This document shows, in pieces, positions 17,691-25,714 of a stretch of 25,714 nucleotides of DNA. How positions within the stretch are numbered: the stretch's first letter is position 1; each line of letters begins with the position of its first letter. Made by a program: the position numbers and the translations under genes. Source of the stretch: Flavobacteriaceae bacterium (lineage in GTDB: Bacteria; Bacteroidota; Bacteroidia; Flavobacteriales; Flavobacteriaceae); NCBI GenBank assembly GCA_949507465.1, contig CATEMS010000078.1, forward strand, positions 1-25,714, read 5' to 3'. The notes beneath the pieces were generated by a model. The model had not been told where the DNA came from, did not search any database, and was given only the letters and a program-made list of their open reading frames with translations.

Positions 17691-18458
17691 ATGAAACATT
17701 TTTTTTTAACCTTAGCCATTTCAATAACCTGCTTTCATTTCTCTATGGCTCAAAAGAGCTTGAGTGATTATAGTTTTGTAGTGGTTCCAGATAAATTTGA
17801 ATTTTTGTCTAAAGCCAATCAATATCAATTAAATGATATGACTAAATATTATTTTGCCAAAAATGGATTTAACACCTATTATTTTAGTGAGCTACCAAGG
17901 GTAGATAATTGTGATGGATTGTGGGCAGATGTAGTATCTGTTTCTGGATTCATAAGAACAAAAATCATGGTAATTTTAAAAGACTGTAAGGGCAATGAAG
18001 TATTTCGGGGAGAAACGGGTGCTAGCAAACAAAAAGAGTATAAAAAGGCCTATCAAGATGCTTTGCGCAAAGCTTTTATAGGCTTTAAAGAGCTTGCTGT
18101 AAAACAAAAATCAGTGCAGGTAAAACTAAATCCCACTACCACAAACCAAGATGCTGCTCTAGATGTTTTTTCACCAACCCCTACAAAGGATCCTAAAGTA
18201 AGTGAGGGACCGGTCAATCAGTTCAACGGGTACACCTATAATTCAAAAGCATATCTTTTAAAGAAGGTAGATGGGGGATACAATTTGTATGATGCCTCCA
18301 CTGAAGATTTAGTTTTAAAGGGCACAATTGAATATACTAAAACTGGTTATACGGGCGTGATTTTTGACCACAAATTCCAGTGTCATTTTCTTGAAAACAA
18401 AGACCTTGTTCTTATTGACCAAGATCAGGAGCCTATTACATTAGTTTTTCAGAACTAA
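17691..18458 (+). CDS. Conserved hypothetical secreted protein
   Basis: 255 aa. Signal MKHFFLTLAISITCFHFSMA-Q, domain YSFVVVPDKFEFL...NQYQLN, Cys pair (DNCD / KDCKG), T/P-rich linker and a second small beta domain. Confidence 0.75.
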   Translation: MKHFFLTLAISITCFHFSMAQKSLSDYSFVVVPDKFEFLSKANQYQLNDMTKYYFAKNGFNTYYFSELPRVDNCDGLWADVVSVSGFIRTKIMVILKDCKGNEVFRGETGASKQKEYKKAYQDALRKAFIGFKELAVKQKSVQVKLNPTTTNQDAALDVFSPTPTKDPKVSEGPVNQFNGYTYNSKAYLLKKVDGGYNLYDASTEDLVLKGTIEYTKTGYTGVIFDHKFQCHFLENKDLVLIDQDQEPITLVFQN

Positions 18459-19753
18459 AACTCATATTTGTTTTTCCATAGACTTTTTAAGTAGGCTTTT
18501 AATTGATTTTCTTTTGGATTATCACCAGTTTGGTATAGTGTGGTGCCCACAATTTCTTTAGGCAAAAACTCATGAGGCACAAATGCATTCTCGAAATCAT
18601 GGGCATAGGCGTAGTTGTCTCCATACCCTAATTCTTTCATGAGTTTTGTTGGTGCATTTCTAATTGAAAAGGGGACAGATAGATCTCCAGTTTGCTTAAC
18701 GAGTTGTTGCGCTTTTTTGATTGCTAGATAGCTGGCGTTGCTCTTGACAGAGCTTGCAAGGTATATAACACATTGACTCAGAATAATACGAGATTCTGGA
18801 AAACCAATTGCGCTTACAGATTGAAAAGTTGCGTTGGCAAGTAAAAGAGCGTTTGGATTAGCATTTCCAATGTCTTCGCTGGCAAGAATTACCAATCGTC
18901 TGGCAATAAAACTTATATCTTCCCCTCCTTCTATCATTCTAGCGAGCCAGTAAACAGCTGCATTTGGATCACTTCCTCGAATTGATTTAATAAAGGCTGA
19001 GACTATGTCATAATGTTGGTCTCCAGTTTTATCATACAACACCGTGTTTTTTTGCACCTTGTGTTGTACCATTTGGTTGGTGATTGTAACCTTTGGTTTT
19101 TTGTTACCATTTGCTTGAGATGTTTCAGAAAGCACCACCAATTCTAACATATTGAGTAGCTTTCTTGCATCGCCTCCAGATAGTCTTAAAATTGCCTGTG
19201 TTTCTTGTAATTCAATATCATATTGTTGTAGTATTGTGTCTATGGCAATAGCTCGTTTTAATAGATCTTCAAGATCTTTTTTGGAAAATGATTGTAAGAC
19301 ATATACTTGAGATCTTGAAAGCAGGGCAGGTATTACCTCAAAACTTGGATTTTCTGTGGTAGCACCAATAAGGGTCACTAACCCCTTTTCTACAGCACCC
19401 AGTAAAGAGTCTTGTTGAGATTTACTAAAACGATGAATTTCATCAATAAAGAGTATTGGGTTTTTTGTTGTGAATAAGCCCTCTGATTTTTTTGCTTTTT
19501 CAATAACCTCTCTCACAGCGGCTACTCCGCTATCAATAGCGCTTAATTTGTAAAAAGGCCTTTCTGATTGCAATGCAATAATATTAGCTAAAGTTGTTTT
19601 TCCAATACCTGGAGGCCCCCAAAATATCATTGAGGGTATCATGCCGCTTTGTAACTGTTTTGTAAGTGCACCATTTTCACCAACAAGATGTTGCTGACTG
19701 AGGTAATCCTTGAGTGTTTTCGGACGTATTCTTTCTGCAAGTGGAATATTCAT
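18455..19753 (-). CDS. rarA: Replication-associated recombination protein A (RarA/MgsA AAA+ ATPase)
   Basis: PLAERIRP, Walker [11 protein letters not shown], Walker [29 protein letters not shown] and ASEDIGNA. Confidence 0.97.
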   Translation of the reverse strand: MNIPLAERIRPKTLKDYLSQQHLVGENGALTKQLQSGMIPSMIFWGPPGIGKTTLANIIALQSERPFYKLSAIDSGVAAVREVIEKAKKSEGLFTTKNPILFIDEIHRFSKSQQDSLLGAVEKGLVTLIGATTENPSFEVIPALLSRSQVYVLQSFSKKDLEDLLKRAIAIDTILQQYDIELQETQAILRLSGGDARKLLNMLELVVLSETSQANGNKKPKVTITNQMVQHKVQKNTVLYDKTGDQHYDIVSAFIKSIRGSDPNAAVYWLARMIEGGEDISFIARRLVILASEDIGNANPNALLLANATFQSVSAIGFPESRIILSQCVIYLASSVKSNASYLAIKKAQQLVKQTGDLSVPFSIRNAPTKLMKELGYGDNYAYAHDFENAFVPHEFLPKEIVGTTLYQTGDNPKENQLKAYLKSLWKNKYEF

Positions 19754-19757
19754 TCTA

Positions 19758-19765
19758 TAAAGGTA
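19758..19765 (-). promoter_or_regulatory. -7 box (TACCTTTA) 4 nt before the rarA ATG; probable leaderless promoter
   Basis: Minus strand reads TACCTTTA-TAGA-ATG. Confidence 0.55.
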
Positions 19766-19840
19766 TGTTTTTAATTGTTGCTACTAAACTGTCAATTTAT
19801 CATATTGCAACATTTGGACTTGTTTTTGTTATATTGAGGC

Positions 19841-20593
19841 ATGACTAAATCTCAAAAACTATATTTTTCTTTAGACGTTGTGCTTTATCCACTTCTATTT
19901 GTGGTATTCATGTGGCTGGTGTTTTGGTTTGAGATACGGTTTGGTAGAGATTTCACCTCTTATGGTATACACCCGGGTAGGATTGAGGGTTTAAGAGGAA
20001 TTTTATTTGGTCCTTTTATCCATGGTAATTTAAAGCATCTTTTTAACAACAGTATTCCTATGTTGGTTTTAGGGTCGGCACTGTTTTATTTTTATCGCCC
20101 TGTGAGGTGGCACGTATTGATATTGGGTTTTCTTATCACAGGTTTTATCACATGGTGTATTGGTCGCCCTGCAGATCATATAGGAGCAAGTGGTATTGTA
20201 TATGTATTGGCTTCTTTTTTATTCTTTAAGGGGATTATTTCAAAGCAGTATCAACTTACGGCTCTTTCTTTCGCAGTTGTTTTTGTATATGGTAGCTTAT
20301 TTTGGTATGTATTTCCAACAGACAGCCAAATCTCTTGGGAAGGACATTTATCTGGTTTTTGTGTAGGAGTATTGTTAGCCTTTTTATATAAAGGCACAAA
20401 CACTCTCACCAATAAAAAATATGATTGGGAAACAGAAAATTACTCACCCGAGAATGACCCCTTTATGCAGCAATTTGATGCAGATGGAAATTTTATTGAA
20501 AACAAAGAAGTTTTAGATCAGGAGTCAGAAAATAGTACATTAAAAAAAGATGTTGACGTAATATACACCATCGTTAAACAGAAAAAAGATTAG
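19841..20593 (+). CDS. Rhomboid-family intramembrane serine protease
   Basis: About six TM segments, HGNLKHLFNN, catalytic GASG, ISWEGHLSG (His) and an acidic soluble C-tail. Confidence 0.92.
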   Translation: MTKSQKLYFSLDVVLYPLLFVVFMWLVFWFEIRFGRDFTSYGIHPGRIEGLRGILFGPFIHGNLKHLFNNSIPMLVLGSALFYFYRPVRWHVLILGFLITGFITWCIGRPADHIGASGIVYVLASFLFFKGIISKQYQLTALSFAVVFVYGSLFWYVFPTDSQISWEGHLSGFCVGVLLAFLYKGTNTLTNKKYDWETENYSPENDPFMQQFDADGNFIENKEVLDQESENSTLKKDVDVIYTIVKQKKD

Positions 20594-20597
20594 ATTT

Positions 20598-21335
20598 TCA
20601 CAAAGATCGTTGGCGTACCACTTCATATAGAAAAGCACCACATGCAACAGACACGTTCAAAGAGTTGATCTCACCAAGTAGTGGTAAAGAGGCTTTTTTA
20701 TCTACGATTGAAAGCACAGATTTTGATACCCCAAGCCCTTCAGATCCCATAATTATTGCTGTGGGCTCATTTAATCCAAGGGTATATATGGTATTTGGTG
20801 TTTTTTCTGTGGCTGCGATAGTTGTAACACCACTACCTTGAAGGTAGTAAATGGCATCTTTGATATGATCTACCTTACAAATAGGAATATTAAATATAGC
20901 CCCTGCAGAAGTTTTTACTGTATCTCCACTCACTGGAGCCCCTCCTTTTTTCTGAATAATTACACCATGAACTCCTGTACACTCTGCTGTTCTTAAAATA
21001 GCACCAAAATTTCTAACATCACTAATTTGATCTAGAATCAAAAACAAAGGTTTTGTCTCCTTTTCTAATACGGTTTCAACCATGGTTTCTAAACCAACAA
21101 ATTCTATGGGAGAACTAACTAAAATAATACCTTGATGATTGCTTCTGCATAGTTTCTCCATCTTTTCTAGAGGAACAAAAGATATTGTGGTGTTTAGCCT
21201 CTCAAGATCAGCTACAATAGCATCAATTTTAGGATTCTTCAGTCCTTTTTGGACATAGGCCTTATCTATTGTTTGATTTGCTTTTAAAGCTTCTATAACG
21301 GGATAAATTCCAAATAACAAGGTCTCTTTCTTCAT
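20598..21335 (-). CDS. rlmB: 23S rRNA (Gm2251) 2'-O-methyltransferase, SpoU/TrmH family
   Basis: NHQGI, LILDQISDVRNFGAILRT, KTSAGA, IMGSEGLG and SLNVSVACG. Start moved from 21356 to 21335 (MKKETLLFG), since the upstream codons are terminator and promoter sequence. Confidence 0.93.
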   Translation of the reverse strand: MKKETLLFGIYPVIEALKANQTIDKAYVQKGLKNPKIDAIVADLERLNTTISFVPLEKMEKLCRSNHQGIILVSSPIEFVGLETMVETVLEKETKPLFLILDQISDVRNFGAILRTAECTGVHGVIIQKKGGAPVSGDTVKTSAGAIFNIPICKVDHIKDAIYYLQGSGVTTIAATEKTPNTIYTLGLNEPTAIIMGSEGLGVSKSVLSIVDKKASLPLLGEINSLNVSVACGAFLYEVVRQRSL

Positions 21336-21339
21336 AATG

Positions 21340-21347
21340 TAAAAGTA
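21340..21347 (-). promoter_or_regulatory. -7 box (TACTTTTA) 4 nt before the rlmB ATG; probable leaderless promoter
   Basis: Minus strand reads TACTTTTA-CATT-ATG and abuts the terminator U-tract. Confidence 0.55.
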
Positions 21348-21377
21348 AAAAACCATCCTTAGAAAAGGATGGTTTTT
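21347..21377 (-). terminator. Intrinsic terminator of the susC-susD-lipoprotein operon (bidirectional shape)
   Basis: Perfect 13-bp inverted repeat AAAAACCATCCTT-AGAA-AAGGATGGTTTTT, giving a U6 tract on the minus strand. Confidence 0.9.
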
Positions 21378-21402
21378 AAATTATATTCACTAATTATTTT
21401 AA

Positions 21403-21975
21403 TTAGGGGTTTTCGTAGCTTACCTCCCAATTAAACGCTGCTAGTAGCGTAGGTGCTGTATTTAATACATTGCTTGTTTGCCCACCGTTCCAAGAACCTG
21501 CGTTCTCAGGATCATCTCCTTCAGGATATGATCCACTTGGAGCTGTACCGTTATAGATAGCGCCGTCTACAGTTGTAACCACACCAAAGAATTCGAAAGA
21601 ATCATCTTCTACAAATACAGAAGCATCTACTCCAAATAATTCAGCCATGTCTGCAGTTGTGAAACTAACATCAAATGGGAAGGTCGTTGTTGACCCAAAA
21701 GGCAATGCCTCAGAAGGTGCTCCTTCAAAATCTCCAACTACAGTTACTTCATACAAAGCAACAGTACCATTTGGATCTTCAGTCATGGCGCTAAAAGCAG
21801 CTGTAGCTGGATCTGCACCCATGTCAAATTCTGGAGCACTTACAAACTTTACAAAACCTCCGTTAGTTAATTCTGGAAAGCGTGCTTTATCTTGGTCGTA
21901 TTCACAGCTAGTAAAAGTAACTGTAGTTAAAATAGCTACAAATGCTAGAGAGAATATTTTATTTATATTTTTCAT
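21403..21975 (-). CDS. SusCD-associated (probably surface-exposed) lipoprotein, function unknown
   Basis: 190 aa. Signal ending FTS-C24, then acidic EYDQDK. Beta-rich and very acidic. Third gene of the susCD operon. Confidence 0.8.
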   Translation of the reverse strand: MKNINKIFSLAFVAILTTVTFTSCEYDQDKARFPELTNGGFVKFVSAPEFDMGADPATAAFSAMTEDPNGTVALYEVTVVGDFEGAPSEALPFGSTTTFPFDVSFTTADMAELFGVDASVFVEDDSFEFFGVVTTVDGAIYNGTAPSGSYPEGDDPENAGSWNGGQTSNVLNTAPTLLAAFNWEVSYENP

Positions 21976-22000
21976 AATTAAAGTATTTAATTAAATTGAA

Positions 22001-23617
22001 TTAGTTAATGAAACCAGCTGGATTCGTATCCCAGAACACTTGGTTATCTGCAGTAGTTTGATCCATGTTTGGATTTGTAACTACTTCATTTGAAGGATAT
22101 CTATATGATCTTGGGAATGGACCTACTGGTATAACACCAGTTTGCAAAGTAGGATATCCTGTTCTTCTATACATGTTGTAAGGTTCTATACCATTACCCC
22201 AAGAGGCTAAGTACCATTCTCTAACAACGATAGCTAACTTAGCTTCGTTTCCTGAGGCAGCATCATATTCTGCAAGTACTCTAGCGATGTAATCACTAAT
22301 GTCTGCTGAAGTTGCAGCATAATCAATTGTTTCATCATCCTCATCAGTTGTTGGTAATGAACCAGAGAAATCTGTTACTTTGTCCATACTCAAAGAGATA
22401 CCAATTTCTAACAACGCTCTTGAATCAACAGCAACTCCTAGGTCTAATCCTGCCTCTGCAAGTGCAAAGTGAGTAAAAGATGATAAGAAAATTGGATTTA
22501 TACCCTCACCATTAAGTGTTACAGTATTACTTGAATCCACTCTGTTGAATTGATTGTTATCAAAGGCTCCACCTGCTGGATATACACCCCATGTAGATCT
22601 TCTTGTGTTGTCATTTGGTATACCTTCATCATCTCCGTGATCTCTTCCCCAGTATTTGTTACCAACATAGCAGTAGTCATAAATATCATTACCTTCACAA
22701 GGTAAGTTTGATCCACTTGGTGGGTCATTTCTTTGACGATAAATATAGTAACGAAGTCTTGGATCTGCAATTCCAGTCTCTACAAATGGTTCTTCAGCAT
22801 CTCCAGCATTTAACAGGTCTAAAAACCCATTACTCATGTAAAATCCAGTTCCGTTAGGATAGTTTCCTTGGAATATAGGACTTCTAGATTCTGGTGTTGT
22901 AGAACTTGAATAGTTGAATTGGAAATCTTCATCATCTTCATCAATGATGTTTTCAGAGAGAAGAGCAGATATAGCTGCACCATCACCCATATTTAAATGA
23001 GCTTTTAGTTTTAAAGTATTTGCAACTGCTATCCAGTTATCTGTATCAAAACTACCATAAAATAAATCTTGTGGTATCACTGCAGATTCCTCATTTAAAA
23101 GAGCAATAGCTGAATTTAAAGTTGCGATTTGAGCTGCATATACATCTTCACCTGGATCAAGCTCTGGTGTTGGGAATTCACCAAATTGGTTGGCCTGGCT
23201 ATAAGGTACATCTCCTACAAAATCAACCAAAGTGATGTACATGTAGGCTTCAAGAATTTGAGCCACAGCTACATGGTAAGGAACTCCTACTTCACTTAAA
23301 GCGTCAATTTCTTGTATAAGGTCTACATTGGCAAAGGTATTGTAAGCCGATGACCAAGTTCCGTTTAATGAATTAACAGTAACCGCTCCATTGTACTGTC
23401 CAAATTGAGCAGTCATACGAGTAATTCCATTGGTTCTTGTAGTTCCAGACATAAATCCATTAAATGATAATTGAATTGAATTTAGAACAAAATTTGGGCT
23501 TGCCACATCTGCACTAATTGCATTTGGGTTGTCAAGTAGATCTAGCTCTGTTGTTTCACATCCAGTGAATAATCCCAACATAGCTGCTACGAATGTTATT
23601 TTTAGAATATTTTTCAT
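22001..23617 (-). CDS. susD: SusD/RagB-family outer-membrane lipoprotein (SusD-like_2 type)
   Basis: 538 aa. FTG-C20 lipobox, LVDFVGDVPYSQA, LKLKAHL, FTHFALAEA, EPYNMYRRTGYP, RSYRYPSNE and C-terminal VFWD. Directly downstream of the SusC-like gene. Confidence 0.93.
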   Translation of the reverse strand: MKNILKITFVAAMLGLFTGCETTELDLLDNPNAISADVASPNFVLNSIQLSFNGFMSGTTRTNGITRMTAQFGQYNGAVTVNSLNGTWSSAYNTFANVDLIQEIDALSEVGVPYHVAVAQILEAYMYITLVDFVGDVPYSQANQFGEFPTPELDPGEDVYAAQIATLNSAIALLNEESAVIPQDLFYGSFDTDNWIAVANTLKLKAHLNMGDGAAISALLSENIIDEDDEDFQFNYSSSTTPESRSPIFQGNYPNGTGFYMSNGFLDLLNAGDAEEPFVETGIADPRLRYYIYRQRNDPPSGSNLPCEGNDIYDYCYVGNKYWGRDHGDDEGIPNDNTRRSTWGVYPAGGAFDNNQFNRVDSSNTVTLNGEGINPIFLSSFTHFALAEAGLDLGVAVDSRALLEIGISLSMDKVTDFSGSLPTTDEDDETIDYAATSADISDYIARVLAEYDAASGNEAKLAIVVREWYLASWGNGIEPYNMYRRTGYPTLQTGVIPVGPFPRSYRYPSNEVVTNPNMDQTTADNQVFWDTNPAGFIN

Positions 23618-23636
23618 AATATATAATTAAATTTTT

Positions 23637-23697
23637 AGGTTACACTAGTATAACAAGGTGGTAAATTAATTACCACCTTACTAGTACCTTTTTTTTT
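23637..23697. other. Long intergenic stem-loop between susC and susD; U-tract only on the antisense (+) strand
   Basis: AGGT-[TAC]-ACTAGT-[ATAAC]-AAGGTGGTAA-ATTAA-TTACCACCTT-ACTAGT-ACCT followed by a T-run: three stacked helices of 4, 6 and 10 bp. Confidence 0.75.
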
Positions 23698-25714
23698 AAA
23701 ATGTTGCTTTTATACCGAATGAGTAACGCTTAGAAGTTGGTCCAGTTTGAAATTCTAAACCTTGTCCATTTCCTGTACCAACACTCAATGCTTCTGGATC
23801 AATGTTAAATGCATCAGGAATATTGAAAGCCTGTACATATAGGTTTTGACCAGATAGAGAGAAAGAGATGTTTCCAAATGGTGTTTTCTCTAACATTTTC
23901 TTGGTAAGTGAATAGGTTATTGAAGCTTCTCTTAAACGTAAGTGAGATGCATCATAGATACCTTGTCCAGATGGATCAACTAAGTTGATAAAGTAAAGAT
24001 CATTAGCTCCAATTTGAATGGTGTTTTCAATTGGCTGACCATCATCATCTAACAATAATTGACCAGTGGTAGGGTTAGCTAGTAAACCTGGTACAATATA
24101 TGTTCCTTCTCTGTTGTCTACATTTACTGTTGTAACACCACGACGGTAGAACTGAGATGCAGTTTGAGAATAGATATCTCCTCCATGTGTATACTCTAAC
24201 TGAGCAGATAATGATAATTGCTTGTATGTTAATGTATTGATGGTTGTAAATGTCCAGTCAGCGTTTGGATCACCAATTGTTTCAATATCTCTACCCAAAT
24301 CACCCTCTGAGTCAAGAATTTGACCCGTACCTGGGTTAATTAGTAAAGCTCCATTAACACCCGTACCGTAAGGATTATCTTCTGTGATGTTTGATTCTGC
24401 ATATCTTGCAGCATAACCACCTTTGATTACCCCTAAAGGCTCACCTTCAGAAGCGTAGTTTCCTAGGTTAGAGAATCCAGCATAAGCAAACGCTTCAACA
24501 CCACCAAGGTCAATAACCGTGTTTTCTGAGGCACTGAAGTTGTTACGCACATCCCAAGTGAAATTATCACTCTTGATAAGTGTAAAGTCTAATCCTAATT
24601 CTACACCTTCTATTTCTGTTTCTGCAATGTTGTCAGAGGTGAAGGTTGCTCCTGAAGAAGGAGAAATTGGTCTACTTACAATTTGGTCTTGAATTGATCT
24701 TCTAAAAACAGTTGCTTCAAAGCTAACTCTCTTTTTAAATAAATCTGCGTCCAAACCAAGCTCAAATTCTTTTTGGAGTTCTGGTTTAAGATTTGGGTTT
24801 CCTAAGAAAGAAGATAAACCGTTTGTGGTAACTGCGTTTCCGTCTGTATCAATTACAGCAGAGGCCGTAGAGTTGAACCCTGTTCTTGTAGAGTATACTC
24901 CTGGGAATCTTGCAGATGTACCGTAACCTGCACGGAACTTCATGTAGTTTAATGCATCAGATGATCCACCCTCCATCGATGTTGGAACAAATGATAGAGA
25001 AGCACCAGGGTAGAATAATGAATTATTTTCTGCCTCTAGTGTTGAAGCCCAGTCATTACGTCCAGATAATGTTAAGAATAAATATCCTCCGTAATCAAAA
25101 GCTGCTTCACCGTATGCACCTAATATGTTTTGTTGTGCTTGGAATGTTAAACTTCCTGCAACGGGATCATTAATTGTTTGATCAATAAAGTTGTCATGAT
25201 CAAAGAAACCAAATACTACTTGGTTTTGACTAGACTGTCCAAATTGCTCATAAGTATCACGTCTAGCGTTGAAACCAAGTTGTGTAGTTAAACTGAAATC
25301 ATCAGCAAGCTCAATGTTATTAAAACTAAAGTTTAAGTTATGGTCAAAAATAAAGTTTGTACCACTTGTAGTTCTTAAATAACCAGTTGTGTATGGCGCT
25401 GTAACACTACCACGAGCCGCTTTGAATTCTTGCGTTTCGTTATATGTATCCAAACCAAAACGGTAAGAAACGTTAGTGTTGTCAGAAATTTCATAAGAAG
25501 CTCCTAGCTTACCGTAAAAACGATTTGTTTTTTGCTCACTACCCGCATAGTTTGATAACCATCTTGGGTTTTCTTGATCTGTTCTGTAGTAAACACTAGA
25601 TCCATCATTTGGGTTTTCGTAAGGAATGTTATTTAAATCCAAGTTTCTTGGTATAAATAATGTTCTTGTAAAAATAGATAGAGCTCCACCAGCATTGTTT
25701 GCTGCAATTGGAGG
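23696..25714 (-). CDS. susC: SusC/RagA-family TonB-dependent transporter, C-terminal part (5' end outside the window)
   Basis: Frame is open to the window edge (PPIAANNAGG...). Shows LTLSGRNDWASTL, FYPGASLSF, GNPNLKPE, IGDPNADW, YDASHLRLRE, and a terminal Phe (YSFGIKATF). Confidence 0.95.
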   Translation of the reverse strand, partial: PPIAANNAGGALSIFTRTLFIPRNLDLNNIPYENPNDGSSVYYRTDQENPRWLSNYAGSEQKTNRFYGKLGASYEISDNTNVSYRFGLDTYNETQEFKAARGSVTAPYTTGYLRTTSGTNFIFDHNLNFSFNNIELADDFSLTTQLGFNARRDTYEQFGQSSQNQVVFGFFDHDNFIDQTINDPVAGSLTFQAQQNILGAYGEAAFDYGGYLFLTLSGRNDWASTLEAENNSLFYPGASLSFVPTSMEGGSSDALNYMKFRAGYGTSARFPGVYSTRTGFNSTASAVIDTDGNAVTTNGLSSFLGNPNLKPELQKEFELGLDADLFKKRVSFEATVFRRSIQDQIVSRPISPSSGATFTSDNIAETEIEGVELGLDFTLIKSDNFTWDVRNNFSASENTVIDLGGVEAFAYAGFSNLGNYASEGEPLGVIKGGYAARYAESNITEDNPYGTGVNGALLINPGTGQILDSEGDLGRDIETIGDPNADWTFTTINTLTYKQLSLSAQLEYTHGGDIYSQTASQFYRRGVTTVNVDNREGTYIVPGLLANPTTGQLLLDDDGQPIENTIQIGANDLYFINLVDPSGQGIYDASHLRLREASITYSLTKKMLEKTPFGNISFSLSGQNLYVQAFNIPDAFNIDPEALSVGTGNGQGLEFQTGPTSKRYSFGIKATF

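Noticed and set aside
19754-19840. SOS box upstream of rarA
   Set aside because: No GGA-N5-TCC, CTGT-N8-ACAG or GAAC-N4-GTTC motif is visible. The TGTTGC...GCAACA arms are too far apart to be convincing.
21336-21356. N-terminal extension MVFYFYI of RlmB
   Set aside because: It is encoded by the terminator arm and promoter box, not by coding sequence.
21647-25173. Overlapping ORFs in the sus operon (21647+, 22519-, 22603+, 24910+)
   Set aside because: By-products of biased codon usage in the sus genes, with no recognisable domains or starts.
1-25714. Mobile elements, prophage, CRISPR arrays, tRNA/rRNA, defence or toxin-antitoxin systems
   Set aside because: No transposase, integrase, Cas or nuclease motifs, no repeat-spacer periodicity, and no intergenic space large enough for them.

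Overview
AT-rich, densely packed core-genome window from a Bacteroidota (Flavobacteriaceae-like, probably marine) chromosome; the taxonomy is inferred from gene content, TAnnTTT(G/A) promoter boxes and near-absence of Shine-Dalgarno sites. Gene order: gcvP(-), UbiA-like membrane protein(+), small lipoprotein(-), M3 peptidase(-), purE-purK(-), adk-obgE-TPR(+), mpl(+), orphan PAS histidine kinase(+), DUF7033/deacetylase-like-yjjG(+), lipoprotein-DUF5723-like barrel-secreted protein(+), rarA(-), rhomboid(+), rlmB(-), and a susC-susD-lipoprotein operon(-) cut by the right edge. I found no mobile element, CRISPR array, tRNA/rRNA or defence system, and I cannot claim a clearly new multi-gene system. 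The best leads are regulatory or envelope-related: (1) four genes with a -7 promoter box exactly 4 nt before the start codon, implying leaderless mRNAs; (2) a perfect AGGAGGT Shine-Dalgarno presented in a hairpin ahead of a 15-codon uORF; (3) a LacI/PurR-like operator cluster upstream of gcvP; (4) an uncharacterised lipoprotein + beta-barrel outer-membrane module; (5) an orphan PAS kinase; (6) an antisense-polarity hairpin between susC and susD. All family assignments come from motif recognition by eye, with no database search.
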